Shown in pieces: positions 51,064 to 62,495 of a stretch of DNA of 64,000 bases (position 1 is its first letter; every line of letters starts with the position of its first letter). The DNA comes from Longimicrobiales bacterium. GTDB lineage: Bacteria; Gemmatimonadota; Gemmatimonadetes; Longimicrobiales; Gaopeijiaceae. The stretch is taken from NCBI GenBank assembly GCA_965248195.1, contig CBDFIQ010000001.1, positions 1,024,001-1,088,000 on the forward strand. Reading direction: 5' to 3'. The notes beneath the pieces are model-generated. The model made no database searches. It was not told the DNA's origin and saw only the letters and a program-made list of their open reading frames with translations. Both the position numbers and the translations under genes were made by a program.

Positions 51064-51365
51064 GGGGGGTGTTGTAACGAGTGTTGTAGCGCTCTCACCT
51101 TCCAAGACCATATCCGATAGGCCACGATCGTAATCTGTACTCACCCTCTCGGGGTTGCCGATCTCGCTGCTGCCGCAGCATCACGAATTGGGTTCGTCAC
51201 CACGCTATCGAGCCAAGGCTATTCTTCATACCTCATGCTGCATGAGCAAGGGCGTGTCATGTTAGGGGTATCAGTGAACCTGATAGTGCTTCAGTGGGTC
51301 GCTGCGGGGTGTCAGCTCCCCACCTCTTCGGCACGACTGGGGAGGTCGGTGCTCCCCGGAGTCTA

Positions 51366-52178
51366 GGGCCTGTTAACACTATCTGAGGGCTTCGACGATG
51401 AGCGCGAAGTGGATGAAGGCGGTAAACATCACGTCGAGCTTGTCAAAGCGGGAGAAGATTCTTCTGAAGCCTTTGAGTCGCCGAAATAACCGCTCTATTT
51501 CGTTACGACGGCGATACATGACTCGGTCATACTGCCACGGGTTAACACGGCCCTGCTTGGGTGGCACGACCGGCGTAAACCCCAGCTCCAACACCAATTG
51601 CCGTGTTTCGCCCCCCTCGTACGCCCGGTCCATGATCATGGACACTGTGGAATGTACCGGCTTCAACGTGCGTAGCAGTTCCCGTCCTTCCGGCGCGTCG
51701 TGCTTGTGGCCTGGCGATAGCGAGAAGGTTATCGCGGTTCGAGCATCTGCGGCAACCATATGAATCTTGGTGGTCCAGCCTCCACGCGACTTGCCGATGG
51801 CCTGCGGGCCGTTTTTTTTAGAGCGCCGGTGCCATCAGGGTGCACCTTGACGATGGTACTGTCGATCGACAGAGCTTGGATCTTGATCCGGATAATTTGC
51901 TCGTCTTGCAGGGCCGCAAAGACACGATCCAGCACACCTGCCCTGGCCCAGCGATTCATTCGGGTGTAGATCGTATGCCAGTTACCGAAACGCGGAGGCA
52001 ACCCCCGCCATTTGCAGCCGTGTTCGGCCACATACAGGATCGCGTTAAGCACTTCGAGATTGGAGATGCTCACATTGCCGCGCTGATGCGGAAAGCAAGC
52101 CTCTATCCGACGATATTGGGACTCTGTGATTTTCATAGCCCCAATATACTACAAATTGCCCTTAGTGTTAACAGACCC
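51366..52178 (-). mobile_element. IS5-family (IS427 group-like) element with two-ORF transposase (51729..52136 and 51379..~51820)
   Basis: IRs GGGCCTGTTAACACT / GGGTCTGTTAACACT, TA duplicated in CTAG context; WRGLP..FG.W, IDST, DRAY, YRRRNEIERLF; A8 run at 51812-51819 (minus strand) as the likely frameshift site. Confidence 0.92.
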
Positions 52179-54237
52179 TAGTTGCCTGCCGCCGTTGCCC
52201 CCGAGACGACGCGTGCAACTTCCTCCACCCAATTCGTGATGACGTGGATGCGATCGGCCGACGGCTCTGATGGGACATCGATCACCAGGAAGCGCCTTCC
52301 GTCGGGGTGGAGATCATACGAGCGCTCCCCCACGTTGAGGTAGGCCCCCTCGAAGATCAGCCTCGGTTGGCCGACCGTCAGTTCCGGCTCCGTCTCGATC
52401 CGGAACCTGTCAACGACAATGGGACACTCTACGGGATTAATTAGAGAGCAATATCCTGTGTGGTGAGGGAAGGGATGGGAGGATTGATGTAGACGGCCTC
52501 CGGGAGCGGTTTGGGCTTCGGCACACCTGTGACGAAGCGTTCGGGATGAGCGGCCCATGCTTCGCGGAGCACGGATTTCCTGCCGGCAATGACCTGATCG
52601 GCGTTCCCGAAGTGGACCTGCTCGGGGGTTAGCATCGAGATACCGCCATGGCGGTGCTCGGCATTGTACCAGCGGAAGAACGATCGACACAACGTCTTGG
52701 CCTGGCCCTGATCCCCGAACCGCCCGGGAAACGAGGGATGGTACTTCAAGGTTTTGAACTGAGCCTCGGAAAACGGGTTGTCATCCGACACCTGAGGCCG
52801 GCTCAACGAGCGAGTCACGCCGAGGTCAGCGAGAAGTTGAGCGGTGCATTGGCTCGTCATTGGAGCTCCCCGATCCGAGTGCAGGGTCAGGACCCGGGGC
52901 TGGACGCCATGCTTCAGGCAGCTCTGCTGGATCAACCGGCCGGCCAGGGCCGAGTTCTCCCGGTCCGCCACCATCCAGCCCACGACGTAGCGGCTGTAGA
53001 TGTCCATGATGACGTAGAGGTAGTAATAGCTCCACTTCTTCGGCCCGAGTAGCCGCGTGATATCCCAGGACCACACCTGGTTCGGCGCCGTGGCCATCAA
53101 CTCGGGCTTCTTGTACTCGGGATGGGTGCGCTGCGCCCGGCGTTCCTGAACCGGCACCTCGGAGGCCAGAACACGATACATCGTGCGTTCGCTGCACAGG
53201 TAGACCTCTTCGTCGAGCAGCGTGGCCACCACCTCGGCGGGTGAGCGGTCCACGAACCGCTCCGAACACAGCGTGTCGAAGACCTCGCCTCGTTCCGTCT
53301 CGCTCAATGCCCGGGCGGGCGTCGGGCGGGGCTGCCGTTGCCCGGTCGATGGGCCTCGACGACGGTAGAACGTCGATCGGGAGACCTCGAGAGCCGCGCA
53401 CGCCGGTTTTACACCGACGTGCTTAGCCAGCTCATCGGCCGCCTTCAAGAGTTCGTCCCGTCGTCGAGGCTTATCCCCAGCAGCCCCGCAACTTTTCCCT
53501 GCACGTCGATGATCAGGTGTGCCTTCCTGAGCTCATTCTCGAGCCGTGCGTTTTGCCGCTCCAGCTTGCGTACCTTCTCATCCAGCGGATTCCGCTCCGG
53601 CTTGCGGCCGCGTTTCTTCGACAGGGCCTTCAGCGACCCGCTATGCGCCGCCTTGCGCCACGTCGTCAGGTGCGACGAGTACAGGCCCTCGCGCCGCAGG
53701 AGCTGACCCACCTCGCCGGGCTCGGTGCACCGGTCCGCTTCTTCGACGATCCGCAGCTTGTACGATGGACTGAACCGCCGGCGTAGCGGCCTATCTACTA
53801 CCTCCGGGTCCGCAGGAGCTGCCGCGCTTCGCTTGGCCTCCCCGATTCCAGGGGCACTACCATTCTCTTCCATTCTCTCTCGCAGTCCCAACATGTTCGT
53901 TTTCTCTGCCTTCGCCCTACTCTAATTCTTTGCGTGCTCCGTGTCTCACGTACGTTGGCAGAGAGGGATCGGGACCGCCCACCAACGGTTGCTACTTCGG
54001 TAGTAGATCTCGCTGCCGTCGCTCGACCACAGGGGCTCTTCCGCGTTGTCGTGCACCGAGACTTTCTCCCGTGACGCTCCGGTGCGAGGGAAGGGTTCGA
54101 CATAGACCTGATACTGGCCAGAGATATCCGAAGTATAGGCAACCCAGTCCCCGTTCGGCTCGAGAACAGCTCCCCACTCGTTCGCGTCAGTAGCGAGGTA
54201 GACCTCTGCTTGACTCAACGTATCGACCATCCACAGG
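52178..54237 (-). pseudogene. C-terminal PD40/TolB-like beta-propeller remnant, of the kind found on Ser/Thr kinases, split by an IS3 element and 5'-truncated
   Basis: PNGDWVAYTSDISGQYQVYV...PLWSSDGSEIYY...WAVPI|ETEP...SYDLHPDGRRFL...VITNW rejoins in frame across the TSD. Confidence 0.8.
52401..53967 (-). mobile_element. IS3-family element type B, copy 1 (1567 bp); orfA 53445..53894, orfB 52441..53448
   Basis: DDE motifs WSWDIT, LHSDRG, DDNPFSEAQF; TSD (G)ATC; subterminal IRs TGTCAACG/TGCCAACG. Confidence 0.92.
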
Positions 54238-55436
54238 TGAATCGCCCCGGGTTCATCGGAGACTGTTTGACTTGAGTGTCAGAGGCTCACCTGGAGCGTC
54301 CTGACGCGAATAATACAACTCTTCGTACTCGGCCGGCGGGATATGGCCGTGGGGCTCGAAGAGGCGATGGTGATTGAACCACCAGACCCATTCGAGGGTG
54401 GCGAGCTCGATGTCTTCGAGGGTGCGCCACGGACCGCGTGGACGAATGAGCTCGGTCTTGTAGAGTCCGATGATCGTCTCGGCCAGGGCGTTGTCATACG
54501 AATCCCCCCGGCTGCCTACGGACGGCTCGATGCCTGCCAACGCCAGGCGCTCGGTGTAGCGGATAGACAGGTACTGCCCCCCGCGGTCGCTGTGATGCAC
54601 CAGGCGCTTGTCTGCGTCGTCCTCGCGTTCACAGATCGCCTGCTCGAGAGCGTCGAGCGCTAAGTCACTGCGTAATGAGTTCGAGACCCGCCATCCGACG
54701 ATGCGACGGCTGAACGCATCGATCACGAACGCCACGAAGACAAACGCATGGCCCGTCCGCACGTACGTGAGGTCCGAGACCCACAGCTCGTTGGGACGTG
54801 CCGCGCTGAAGTCTCGGTTCACGAGGTCCAGCGGGCGCTCGTCGCCCTCCGCCGTGTGCGTTGTCACCTTGAAGCGCCGCCCTCGCGTAACCCCACAAAG
54901 CTCCAGTTCCTTCATGAGCCGAGCCACCGTGCATCGAGCCACGGTGATGCCTTCCCGGTTCAGCTGCTTCCACACCTTCTTCGCCCCGTAGACCTGGAAG
55001 TTCTGCATCCACACTCGACGGATCTCCGGCTTCAGCATCTCGTCGCGCTGAGCCCGGACCGATCGTAGCGTCGGATCTGCCTGCATCGCCTTGTGCGTGT
55101 AGTAGGTCGACGGAGCGATCGGCAGTACCTCGCAGATCGGCTCGACTCCGTACGTGGGCCGGTAATCGTCGATGAAGGCCACCATCACCGAACTCGGCGG
55201 TCGAGCTCCGCCTGTGCGAAATACGCCGATGCCTTACGCAGAATCTCGTTCGCCCGCTTCAGCTCACGATTCTCACGCTCCAGCACCTTCAGTCGCTCAC
55301 GCTCTTCTGTCTTGAGACCGGGCCGTTGCCCCGTGTCTCGCTCCGCTCGTCGAACCCATTTACGTAGCGTCTCCGCCGTGCACCCGATCTTCTCCGAGAT
55401 CGAGCAGATCGCCGCCCACTGTGAGCTGTACTCAGG
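54238..55436 (-). mobile_element. IS3 (IS51 group-like) copy 2, left end deleted; orfB 54253..55188 intact, orfA truncated
   Basis: Matches ~40621-41819 in reverse; ends at the type B element. Confidence 0.92.
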
Positions 55437-57003
55437 CCCTCTCTGCCAACGTACGTGAGACACGGAGCACGCAAAGAATTAGAGTAGGGCGAAGGCAGAG
55501 AAAACGAACATGTTGGGACTGCGAGAGAGAATGGAAGAGAATGGTAGTGCCCCTGGAATCGGGGAGGCCAAGCGAAGCGCGGCAGCTCCTGCGGACCCGG
55601 AGGTAGTAGATAGGCCGCTACGCCGGCGGTTCAGTCCATCGTACAAGCTGCGGATCGTCGAAGAAGCGGACCGGTGCACCGAGCCCGGCGAGGTGGGTCA
55701 GCTCCTGCGGCGCGAGGGCCTGTACTCGTCGCACCTGACGACGTGGCGCAAGGCGGCGCATAGCGGGTCGCTGAAGGCCCTGTCGAAGAAACGCGGCCGC
55801 AAGCCGGAGCGGAATCCGCTGGATGAGAAGGTACGCAAGCTGGAGCGGCAAAACGCACGGCTCGAGAATGAGCTCAGGAAGGCACACCTGATCATCGACG
55901 TGCAGGGAAAAGTTGCGGGGCTGCTGGGGATAAGCCTCGACGACGGGACGAACTCTTGAAGGCGGCCGATGAGCTGGCTAAGCACGTCGGTGTAAAACCG
56001 GCGTGCGCGGCTCTCGAGGTCTCCCGATCGACGTTCTACCGTCGTCGAGGCCCATCGACCGGGCAACGGCAGCCCCGCCCGACGCCCGCCCGGGCATTGA
56101 GCGAGACGGAACGAGGCGAGGTCTTCGACACGCTGTGTTCGGAGCGGTTCGTGGACCGCTCACCCGCCGAGGTGGTGGCCACGCTGCTCGACGAAGAGGT
56201 CTACCTGTGCAGCGAACGCACGATGTATCGTGTTCTGGCCTCCGAGGTGCCGGTTCAGGAACGCCGGGCGCAGCGCACCCATCCCGAGTACAAGAAGCCC
56301 GAGTTGATGGCCACGGCGCCGAACCAGGTGTGGTCCTGGGATATCACGCGGCTACTCGGGCCGAAGAAGTGGAGCTATTACTACCTCTACGTCATCATGG
56401 ACATCTACAGCCGCTACGTCGTGGGCTGGATGGTGGCGGACCGGGAGAACTCGGCCCTGGCCGGCCGGTTGATCCAGCAGAGCTGCCTGAAGCATGGCGT
56501 CCAGCCCCGGGTCCTGACCCTGCACTCGGATCGGGGAGCTCCAATGACGAGCCAATGCACCGCTCAACTTCTCGCTGACCTCGGCGTGACTCGCTCGTTG
56601 AGCCGGCCTCAGGTGTCGGATGACAACCCGTTTTCCGAGGCTCAGTTCAAAACCTTGAAGTACCATCCCTCGTTTCCCGGGCGGTTCGGGGATCAGGGCC
56701 AGGCCAAGACGTTGTGTCGATCGTTCTTCCGCTGGTACAATGCCGAGCACCGCCATGGCGGTATCTCGATGCTAACCCCCGAGCAGGTCCACTTCGGGAA
56801 CGCCGATCAGGTCATTGCCGGCAGGAAATCCGTGCTCCGCGAAGCATGGGCCGCTCATCCCGAACGCTTCGTCACAGGTGTGCCGAAGCCCAAACCGCTC
56901 CCGGAGGCCGTCTACATCAATCCTCCCATCCCTTCCCTCACCACACAGGATATTGCTCTCTAATTAATCCCGTAGAGTGTCCCATTGTCGTTGACAGGTT
57001 CCG
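55437..57003 (+). mobile_element. IS3-family element type B, copy 2; orfA 55510..55959, orfB 55956..56963
   Basis: Reverse complement of 52401-53967; no TSD (AGG vs GAC). Confidence 0.92.
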
Positions 57004-57388
57004 GACCGGACCCGAGGTCGTCGCGTTCCTCTTCGCCCCAATCGTCCTCTTCGCGCTCGCGAGTCTCGTATTTCCTCGGGACAACCGTGAGGTCGATTTG
57101 AACACGTACTTCATTGAGAATCGACGGCCTTTCTTTGGCCTCTTGGCGTTCCTCTCTGTGGCCGTCCTCGGTGGGCCGTTCGTGTTCTATGACGTTGAAG
57201 CATTCGGCGCGGTAATCGGGGTGGAGCTAGACGCCACGGGAGCTGCTCTGAGGGTCCTCATCTTTGTTTCGATCTGCGGGCTTCTGGCGTGGTCATCGAA
57301 CGCCAAGGTCCATCTCGCGTTCGCTGTCATCTCACTCGTCCTAGCCCTCAGCCTGGTCGGTACTCCTTTATTGGTACTGTCCGGATAG
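57004..57388 (+). pseudogene. 3' part of a multi-TM membrane protein gene (probable gene cassette), truncated by IS
   Basis: Open hydrophobic frame (...LVFP...DLNTYFIENRRPFF...) ending 25 bp before attC. Confidence 0.7.
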
Positions 57389-57494
57389 CGGGTCTTGCGG
57401 CGGATGCGGTACCATCTAACAAGCGATTGCTGCGGTCGCGGTAAGCATCAGGCTCGCGCGCTCCGCTTGCGGAGGGCATCTTAGCCGCGCAGCA

Positions 57495-57821
57495 TCTATA
57501 AGGTGAAGGGAGTCAACAGGGCGTAGCCCTCCCTTACCCGTCCGGGGTCCCGGAGGGGTGGCTCGGTCCACTGGTCTGTAGCTCAAGGCCTGCGTGATCA
57601 TCTTCCGTTTTTCATCCTTCAGTACCAACGTCGCGTCCGATCTTGGGTGAGTCTCCTCTCACGAGGAACTCAGGCATCTATTCAGGTTTCATCCCAGCGC
57701 GGGGATGTCCGAAGATCTGCTATGCGAGCGGGGGGCTCAATCAGAATCTGAGGGTCGTCGTGCGACATGCTGCGCGCGGAGCTCACCCCTGTCGTGGTAC
57801 GGTCCATCATCGTGTGTCATC
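57495..57821 (-). ncRNA. Predicted bridge/seekRNA region
   Basis: Target matches at 57768-57776 and 57742-57748; donor-junction matches at 57675-57681 and 57639-57644. Confidence 0.7.
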
Positions 57822-58859
57822 TCAGTTTGATCGAGCCACGGGTTCATCGTGCCAGACCTCACCCGTACGGAGCATCGCGTGCACAGCACGAGCGAGGCGC
57901 CGAGCGGTAGCGACCCGAGCGACCTGCCACCCGAGCCGTTGCCTGATCAGTTCGTACGACTGTGATAGCCAGCTGTCGGGCGCGTGAGTGACGTGGCTCA
58001 CGACGGTCCGGACGAAGGTGCCCCTCAGCCAACGGTTGGCCCCGGCGGGGATCGATCCGTGGCGGATGGGCCGGAGCCCTGACTGTGAGGAGCGAGGGGC
58101 TAGACCGGCGTAGCTGACCAGGTGCCCCGGTGTACGAAATCGTTTGATGGGCAACGTCTCGGTGGCGATGAGCAATGCCCGATAGGAACCGACGCCCGGG
58201 ATGGTCTCGAGCAGAGCTACAGCGGGGACCTTGCGGCCTACGTGCTCAACCCTGCGATCAAGCGTTTTGATCATCGGCACGATCTGGTCGATGAGTTCCC
58301 ACTGCATGTCGATGAACAGACGCCGCTCGGCTCCGAGCAGCGGCCACGCCACGTCATGCACCCACTGGCGTCCATCCTGGGTGAGCAGACGCCCACGCTC
58401 CAGATGAAGCCCGACGTTGTGGATCTGGGCATGGATGCGGTTCACCATGCGTGTGCGTTCGCGTACGAGTCGTGCCCGGTTGCGTAGCAGTACCGCCTGC
58501 TCCCGCTGCTCGACGCACTTCGGATGGACCTCGGGGATGAGGCCCGCGAGTCGCATACGCGCCAACAACTCGGCGTCGATGTCGTCACTCTTGTAGTTGG
58601 ACTCGGCGATGACTCGGAGCCGCTTGGCGTGAGCGAGCACGAAGTCGATCCCCCGCTCTTGGAGTCGATCGAAGAGCCACGGCCAGGCCGGACTCGTCTC
58701 GACGACCACCTCCAGGGGCTGATACTGCTCCAGTAGATCATTGAGCCGATCCTCTTGCGTGTTCTTGATCCGGATGGGTCCGGCAACGAGCTGACCTGTG
58801 TTGCTCACGATGGCGATCACCGAATACGTTGCGTGAGCATCGATTCCTGCGACAAACAT
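57822..58859 (-). CDS. IS110-family DEDD transposase/recombinase
   Basis: GIDAH, VVET, KSDDIDA, IPGVG, SYAGLAP..SQSG. Confidence 0.95.
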   Translation of the reverse strand: MFVAGIDAHATYSVIAIVSNTGQLVAGPIRIKNTQEDRLNDLLEQYQPLEVVVETSPAWPWLFDRLQERGIDFVLAHAKRLRVIAESNYKSDDIDAELLARMRLAGLIPEVHPKCVEQREQAVLLRNRARLVRERTRMVNRIHAQIHNVGLHLERGRLLTQDGRQWVHDVAWPLLGAERRLFIDMQWELIDQIVPMIKTLDRRVEHVGRKVPAVALLETIPGVGSYRALLIATETLPIKRFRTPGHLVSYAGLAPRSSQSGLRPIRHGSIPAGANRWLRGTFVRTVVSHVTHAPDSWLSQSYELIRQRLGWQVARVATARRLARAVHAMLRTGEVWHDEPVARSN

Positions 58860-59009
58860 GGCTGGCCTCCTTGGGTTGGGTGCCGCAGGCCTTTGAGCAA
58901 GATCAGCGTAACGCCACGCTCGAGTGAGGTCAGCCTTTCGCCTTATAAGATCAGAATCGCAGAGACGTTAGAACGCGCCAAGAGGTTCAGGACAGGAGAG
59001 GCACAACCC

Positions 59010-60107
59010 ATGACTATGTCCGGCCAAGCCCGCTCCAAAACCGAGCAGCCCTTCTCGCCAGGTCGACTCGCCGATCCTAACAGAGTCTTGAAGACCGATC
59101 CTCGCGCCGACCCTCGAATGGTGGCTGCCCTCGCCGAATTTGGCTTCGACGAGGCCCCACCGCCCGCACCGGTCACCGCCGAATCGCCACTCGACGAAAT
59201 ACTCGAGTTCATTGCCGTTGCGGAGCCGGGCTACGAAGACCTCTTCACAGCCTGGCTAGCGGACTTACCTCCGATTGAGAGTGTGGAGAGGCGTACCGAG
59301 GTGATAAGGGGAGTGGACGACAACGACATCAGCCTCTTTATCCACAAGCCCCAGAATGCTTCTGGCCCCTTACCCTGTGTGTATCATATCCACGGAGGTG
59401 CCATGGTCATTCTGGAGGCCGCCGGCTCTCTCGCCACGCGCTGGCGCGACGAGCTTTCCGCTGTCGGAATGGTGGTGGTGGGCGTGGAGTTTCGGAACGG
59501 CGCAGGGAAGCTCGGCAACCACCCGTTCCCTGCAGGACTCAACGATTGCATGAGCGGGCTACAGTGGACGTTCGATAACAAGGCCGCGCTTGGGATTTCC
59601 ACGATTGTGGTGTCCGGTGAGTCAGGCGGCGGAAACCTCAGTCTTGCCGTGAGTCTAAAGGCCAAGAGGGATGACAAGCTGAAGCAGATCGATGGCACGT
59701 ATGCGCTCTGTCCGTACATCTCGAACGCCTGGGCCAACAAAATCCAAGAGCTTCCATCCCTCTACGAGAACGACGACTACTTCATGAGCTGCAGCACGTT
59801 GGGCGCGTGTGCTGTCGCGTACGACCCTGCACACGAGAACGATCACAATCCGCTTTGCTGGCCCTATTTCGCCGAGACTGAGGAGCTGCAGGGTCTGCCC
59901 CCACATGCCATATCGGTCAATGAGCTAGACCCTTTGCGGGACGAGGGGCTGCAGTACTACCAGATGCTCATGGCGGCCGGCGTGAGTGTCTACGGCCGGA
60001 CCGTCAACGGCACCTGCCACGCTGGCGATATGATTTTTCGAAAAGTGCTCCCGGAAGTATCAGCGGCCACGATTCGAGACATCAAGGGGTTCGCGGACTC
60101 GTTGTAG
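59010..60107 (+). CDS. HSL-family alpha/beta hydrolase (esterase)
   Basis: HIHGGA, GESGGGNL, DPLRDEG, GTCH; RBS AGGAG just after attC R'. Confidence 0.92.
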   Translation: MTMSGQARSKTEQPFSPGRLADPNRVLKTDPRADPRMVAALAEFGFDEAPPPAPVTAESPLDEILEFIAVAEPGYEDLFTAWLADLPPIESVERRTEVIRGVDDNDISLFIHKPQNASGPLPCVYHIHGGAMVILEAAGSLATRWRDELSAVGMVVVGVEFRNGAGKLGNHPFPAGLNDCMSGLQWTFDNKAALGISTIVVSGESGGGNLSLAVSLKAKRDDKLKQIDGTYALCPYISNAWANKIQELPSLYENDDYFMSCSTLGACAVAYDPAHENDHNPLCWPYFAETEELQGLPPHAISVNELDPLRDEGLQYYQMLMAAGVSVYGRTVNGTCHAGDMIFRKVLPEVSAATIRDIKGFADSL

Positions 60108-60395
60108 TCGGGCTCGGCCAAACCGCGGTGCCGGGCCGTCGTGACGGCGGTCGGTTGACGCGCGTATGTCTCTCCACGGTAGCGGGCAAGACCCCTGTGC
60201 TTAAACTGATTGAAGGGGAACTCGAGCTGCCAGCCGTCATGCGCGATCGGCGTCCTGGGAGGGGTCGGGCGTCAGGACCGAGCCCCAGTTCACGGAACAT
60301 CCTAGCGCTCAACGTCCCCACCACCCTACAATTCCCCCCCCGGGTCCTCCTTCCTCGGACTCGGTTCGGTTTCCCCGGGCCTGAGAGGCAATCCC

Positions 60396-61865
60396 ATGCG
60401 CGCACCGAACCTGATGGCGATCCGGTCGACCTTGTTCGTCGCTCTCACGACAGCTGCCCTCACCACCCTCGCGCTCGCGGCCGCACCGACCCACGCGGGC
60501 GCCCAGGCGACCGCCTCGGAGTCCGAGGTCCTGGCTCAGATCGACCTCTTCTCCGCGTGGCTCGAAGGTCAGATCGAGATCCGTGGACTACCGGGCGCCG
60601 TCGTCGGCGTCGTTTCGGGTGATGAGCTGGTGTGGGCTGAGGGCTTCGGACGTGCGGTCGTCGATGCGGATCGGCCCATGGAGACCGATACGCGCTTCCG
60701 CATGGCTTCGCACAGCAAGCTCTTCACCGCAACCGCGATCATGCAGCTCCGGGAACAAGGCAAGGTTCGGCTTGATGATCCCGTCACCGATTACCTGCCA
60801 TGGTTCACGTTCCAGAGCGCCGCTCCTGACGATCCCCCGGTCACCATCGAGCACCTGCTAACGCACAGCTCCGGGCTCCCGCACGAGGCCGGTTCGCACT
60901 GGACCGACTTCGACTTCCCAACCGCCGAGGAGGTCCTCGAGTTGATTCCCGATCGTAAGGCCCCCTTCTCACCCGAAGTCCACTGGAAGTACTCGAACCT
61001 CGCCTACACCATCGCCGGCATGATCGTGGAGGAGATCAGCGGGATGCGCTGGGCGGACTACCTGCAGCAGAACATCTTTGACCCGCTCGGCATGAGTTCG
61101 TCTAGCGTCGATCTGCCGGACGCGAAGATGGCTACTGGGTACGGTCGTCGGATGCCGGACGGCTCTCGGCAGGTCTTTCCGTTCGTCGACGCGTGCGGGA
61201 TGGCCGCCGCGACGGGACTTACGTCGACGGTCGAAGACATGGCCCGCTTCGTGTCTGCCCAGTTTCGGACGGGGGCCCGCGGCGGTGATCGGCTTCTGAG
61301 GACGGCATCGCTTCGGGAGATGCATCGTGTGCGCATGCTCGAAAACACGTGGACGAGCGGCCAAGGCATTGGATTCAGCGTGCGACGGATCGACGGGAAG
61401 CTCTATGTCGGCCACGGCGGCGGATACCCGGGCTACACGACGAATACGACGATACAGCTCGACTCGAAGGTTGGTGTAATCGTTCTAACGAACTCGAATG
61501 ACTCGAACCCTTCCCAGATCGCGGAGCAGCTCATGGGCACGGTCGGCGAAGCTGTCGCCTCCGCGACATCGGTCGAGCCGGAGCCCGTCGCGTGGGATCC
61601 CGCGTGGGAGCGCTTCGCCGGTGTGTACCGGAGCCGCGGCGGCGAGACGCGAGTCCTCGTCATGAACGAACGGCTGGTGACGATGAATCCGTGGGGCACG
61701 AGTATCGGGGACCCGACCCAACTCGAACCGATCGGCGACGGTACGTTTCGCATGGTGGCGCCCACAGGTGGTGGCCCGGTCGGCGAGATCGTACGGTTCG
61801 TCGAGGAGAACGGCGAGGTCGTACGGATGATTACAGGAGATTCGTACTCGGTACGCGTGCGCTAA
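60396..61865 (+). CDS. Secreted serine hydrolase, beta-lactamase (class C-like) family
   Basis: SHSK (SxxK), LLTHSSGL, YSN, HGG. Confidence 0.92.
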   Translation: MRAPNLMAIRSTLFVALTTAALTTLALAAAPTHAGAQATASESEVLAQIDLFSAWLEGQIEIRGLPGAVVGVVSGDELVWAEGFGRAVVDADRPMETDTRFRMASHSKLFTATAIMQLREQGKVRLDDPVTDYLPWFTFQSAAPDDPPVTIEHLLTHSSGLPHEAGSHWTDFDFPTAEEVLELIPDRKAPFSPEVHWKYSNLAYTIAGMIVEEISGMRWADYLQQNIFDPLGMSSSSVDLPDAKMATGYGRRMPDGSRQVFPFVDACGMAAATGLTSTVEDMARFVSAQFRTGARGGDRLLRTASLREMHRVRMLENTWTSGQGIGFSVRRIDGKLYVGHGGGYPGYTTNTTIQLDSKVGVIVLTNSNDSNPSQIAEQLMGTVGEAVASATSVEPEPVAWDPAWERFAGVYRSRGGETRVLVMNERLVTMNPWGTSIGDPTQLEPIGDGTFRMVAPTGGGPVGEIVRFVEENGEVVRMITGDSYSVRVR

Positions 61866-61952
61866 AAGCGGCTCGACCCGCCGCGCCCGGGACAAGGACC
61901 GAACTACCCGCCCCTCCCCGCCGCGCGCGGGAGGAGATCGGCTTGACGCCGC

Positions 61953-62495
61953 TCAGTTCATCGATGGGTCGTACGGCATCCGGGACAGTTGCCGGTACTC
62001 CGGTCCCTTCCGCTCGAGCACCCTACTCCAGAGCAAGTCGGGCGCATCAGTGAACACGTCATCCTCGCGCGCAGGCTCGATGATCCAACTGCCGGCGGCC
62101 ATCTCCGCCTCGAGCTGGCCCGGCCCCCATCCTGAGTAGCCCGCAAACACCCGCGCCCTGAGAATGCTCGGCTCGATGTTCGGCGAGACCGCGCCCACGA
62201 GAAAGCCCACGGACCCGAATACCAGGATATCCGCTAACTTGGGGTCCGCGAACTCGGCGAGGAGCACGGCGCTGGCCGGCTGGACCGGACCGCCCTGGAA
62301 GAGCGGCTCGCCGGGCGGCACCAAGTCGCTCAGGGGCGGAAGCCGCTCCTGGACCGTGACGTTCAAAGCGTGGTTCAAGACAACGCCCAGCGCCCCGTCG
62401 GCGTTGTGCTCCCCGACCAGGACCACTGTGTGGCGGAAGTTCGGATCGTACAGGCCACCGCTGGAGATCAGCAGACGGCCGCGCAGACTCTCCAA
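61953..62495 (-). CDS. YqgE/AlgH (DUF179) family protein
   Basis: DPNF, GALGVVLN, QGGPV, GYSGWGPGQLEAE. Confidence 0.93.
   Translation of the reverse strand: MESLRGRLLISSGGLYDPNFRHTVVLVGEHNADGALGVVLNHALNVTVQERLPPLSDLVPPGEPLFQGGPVQPASAVLLAEFADPKLADILVFGSVGFLVGAVSPNIEPSILRARVFAGYSGWGPGQLEAEMAAGSWIIEPAREDDVFTDAPDLLWSRVLERKGPEYRQLSRMPYDPSMN

Larger units (their letters stand above)
57495..58951 (-). mobile_element. IS110-family, IS1111-type element inserted in attC
   Basis: CA core on both sides (57493-94, 58952-53); subterminal IR TATAAGGTGAA/TATAAGGCGAA; ~330-bp non-coding region downstream of the transposase. Confidence 0.92.
57414..58973 (+). other. attC site 1 (101 bp reconstructed: 57414-57494 plus 58954-58973), interrupted by IS1111
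   Basis: R'' ATCTAAC, R' GTTAGAA; GCGATT-G-CTGC pairs with GCAG-AATCGC leaving an extrahelical base; highly similar to 62695-62795. Confidence 0.85.

Noticed and set aside
56714..57388. Intact 224-aa gene, and likewise 52178..52690
   Set aside because: Chimeric frames running from IS sequence into truncated host genes
57495..57520. Strong junction promoter in the IS1111 circle
   Set aside because: A TTGACT -35 faces the junction, but the best -10 (TATAAG) would be 22 bp away, so the spacing is unconvincing
60396..61865. Antibiotic resistance beta-lactamase
   Set aside because: The motifs show only family membership; many members are esterases or peptidases
61877..61932. 16-bp direct repeat between convergent genes
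   Set aside because: Very GC-rich, only two copies, no functional clue
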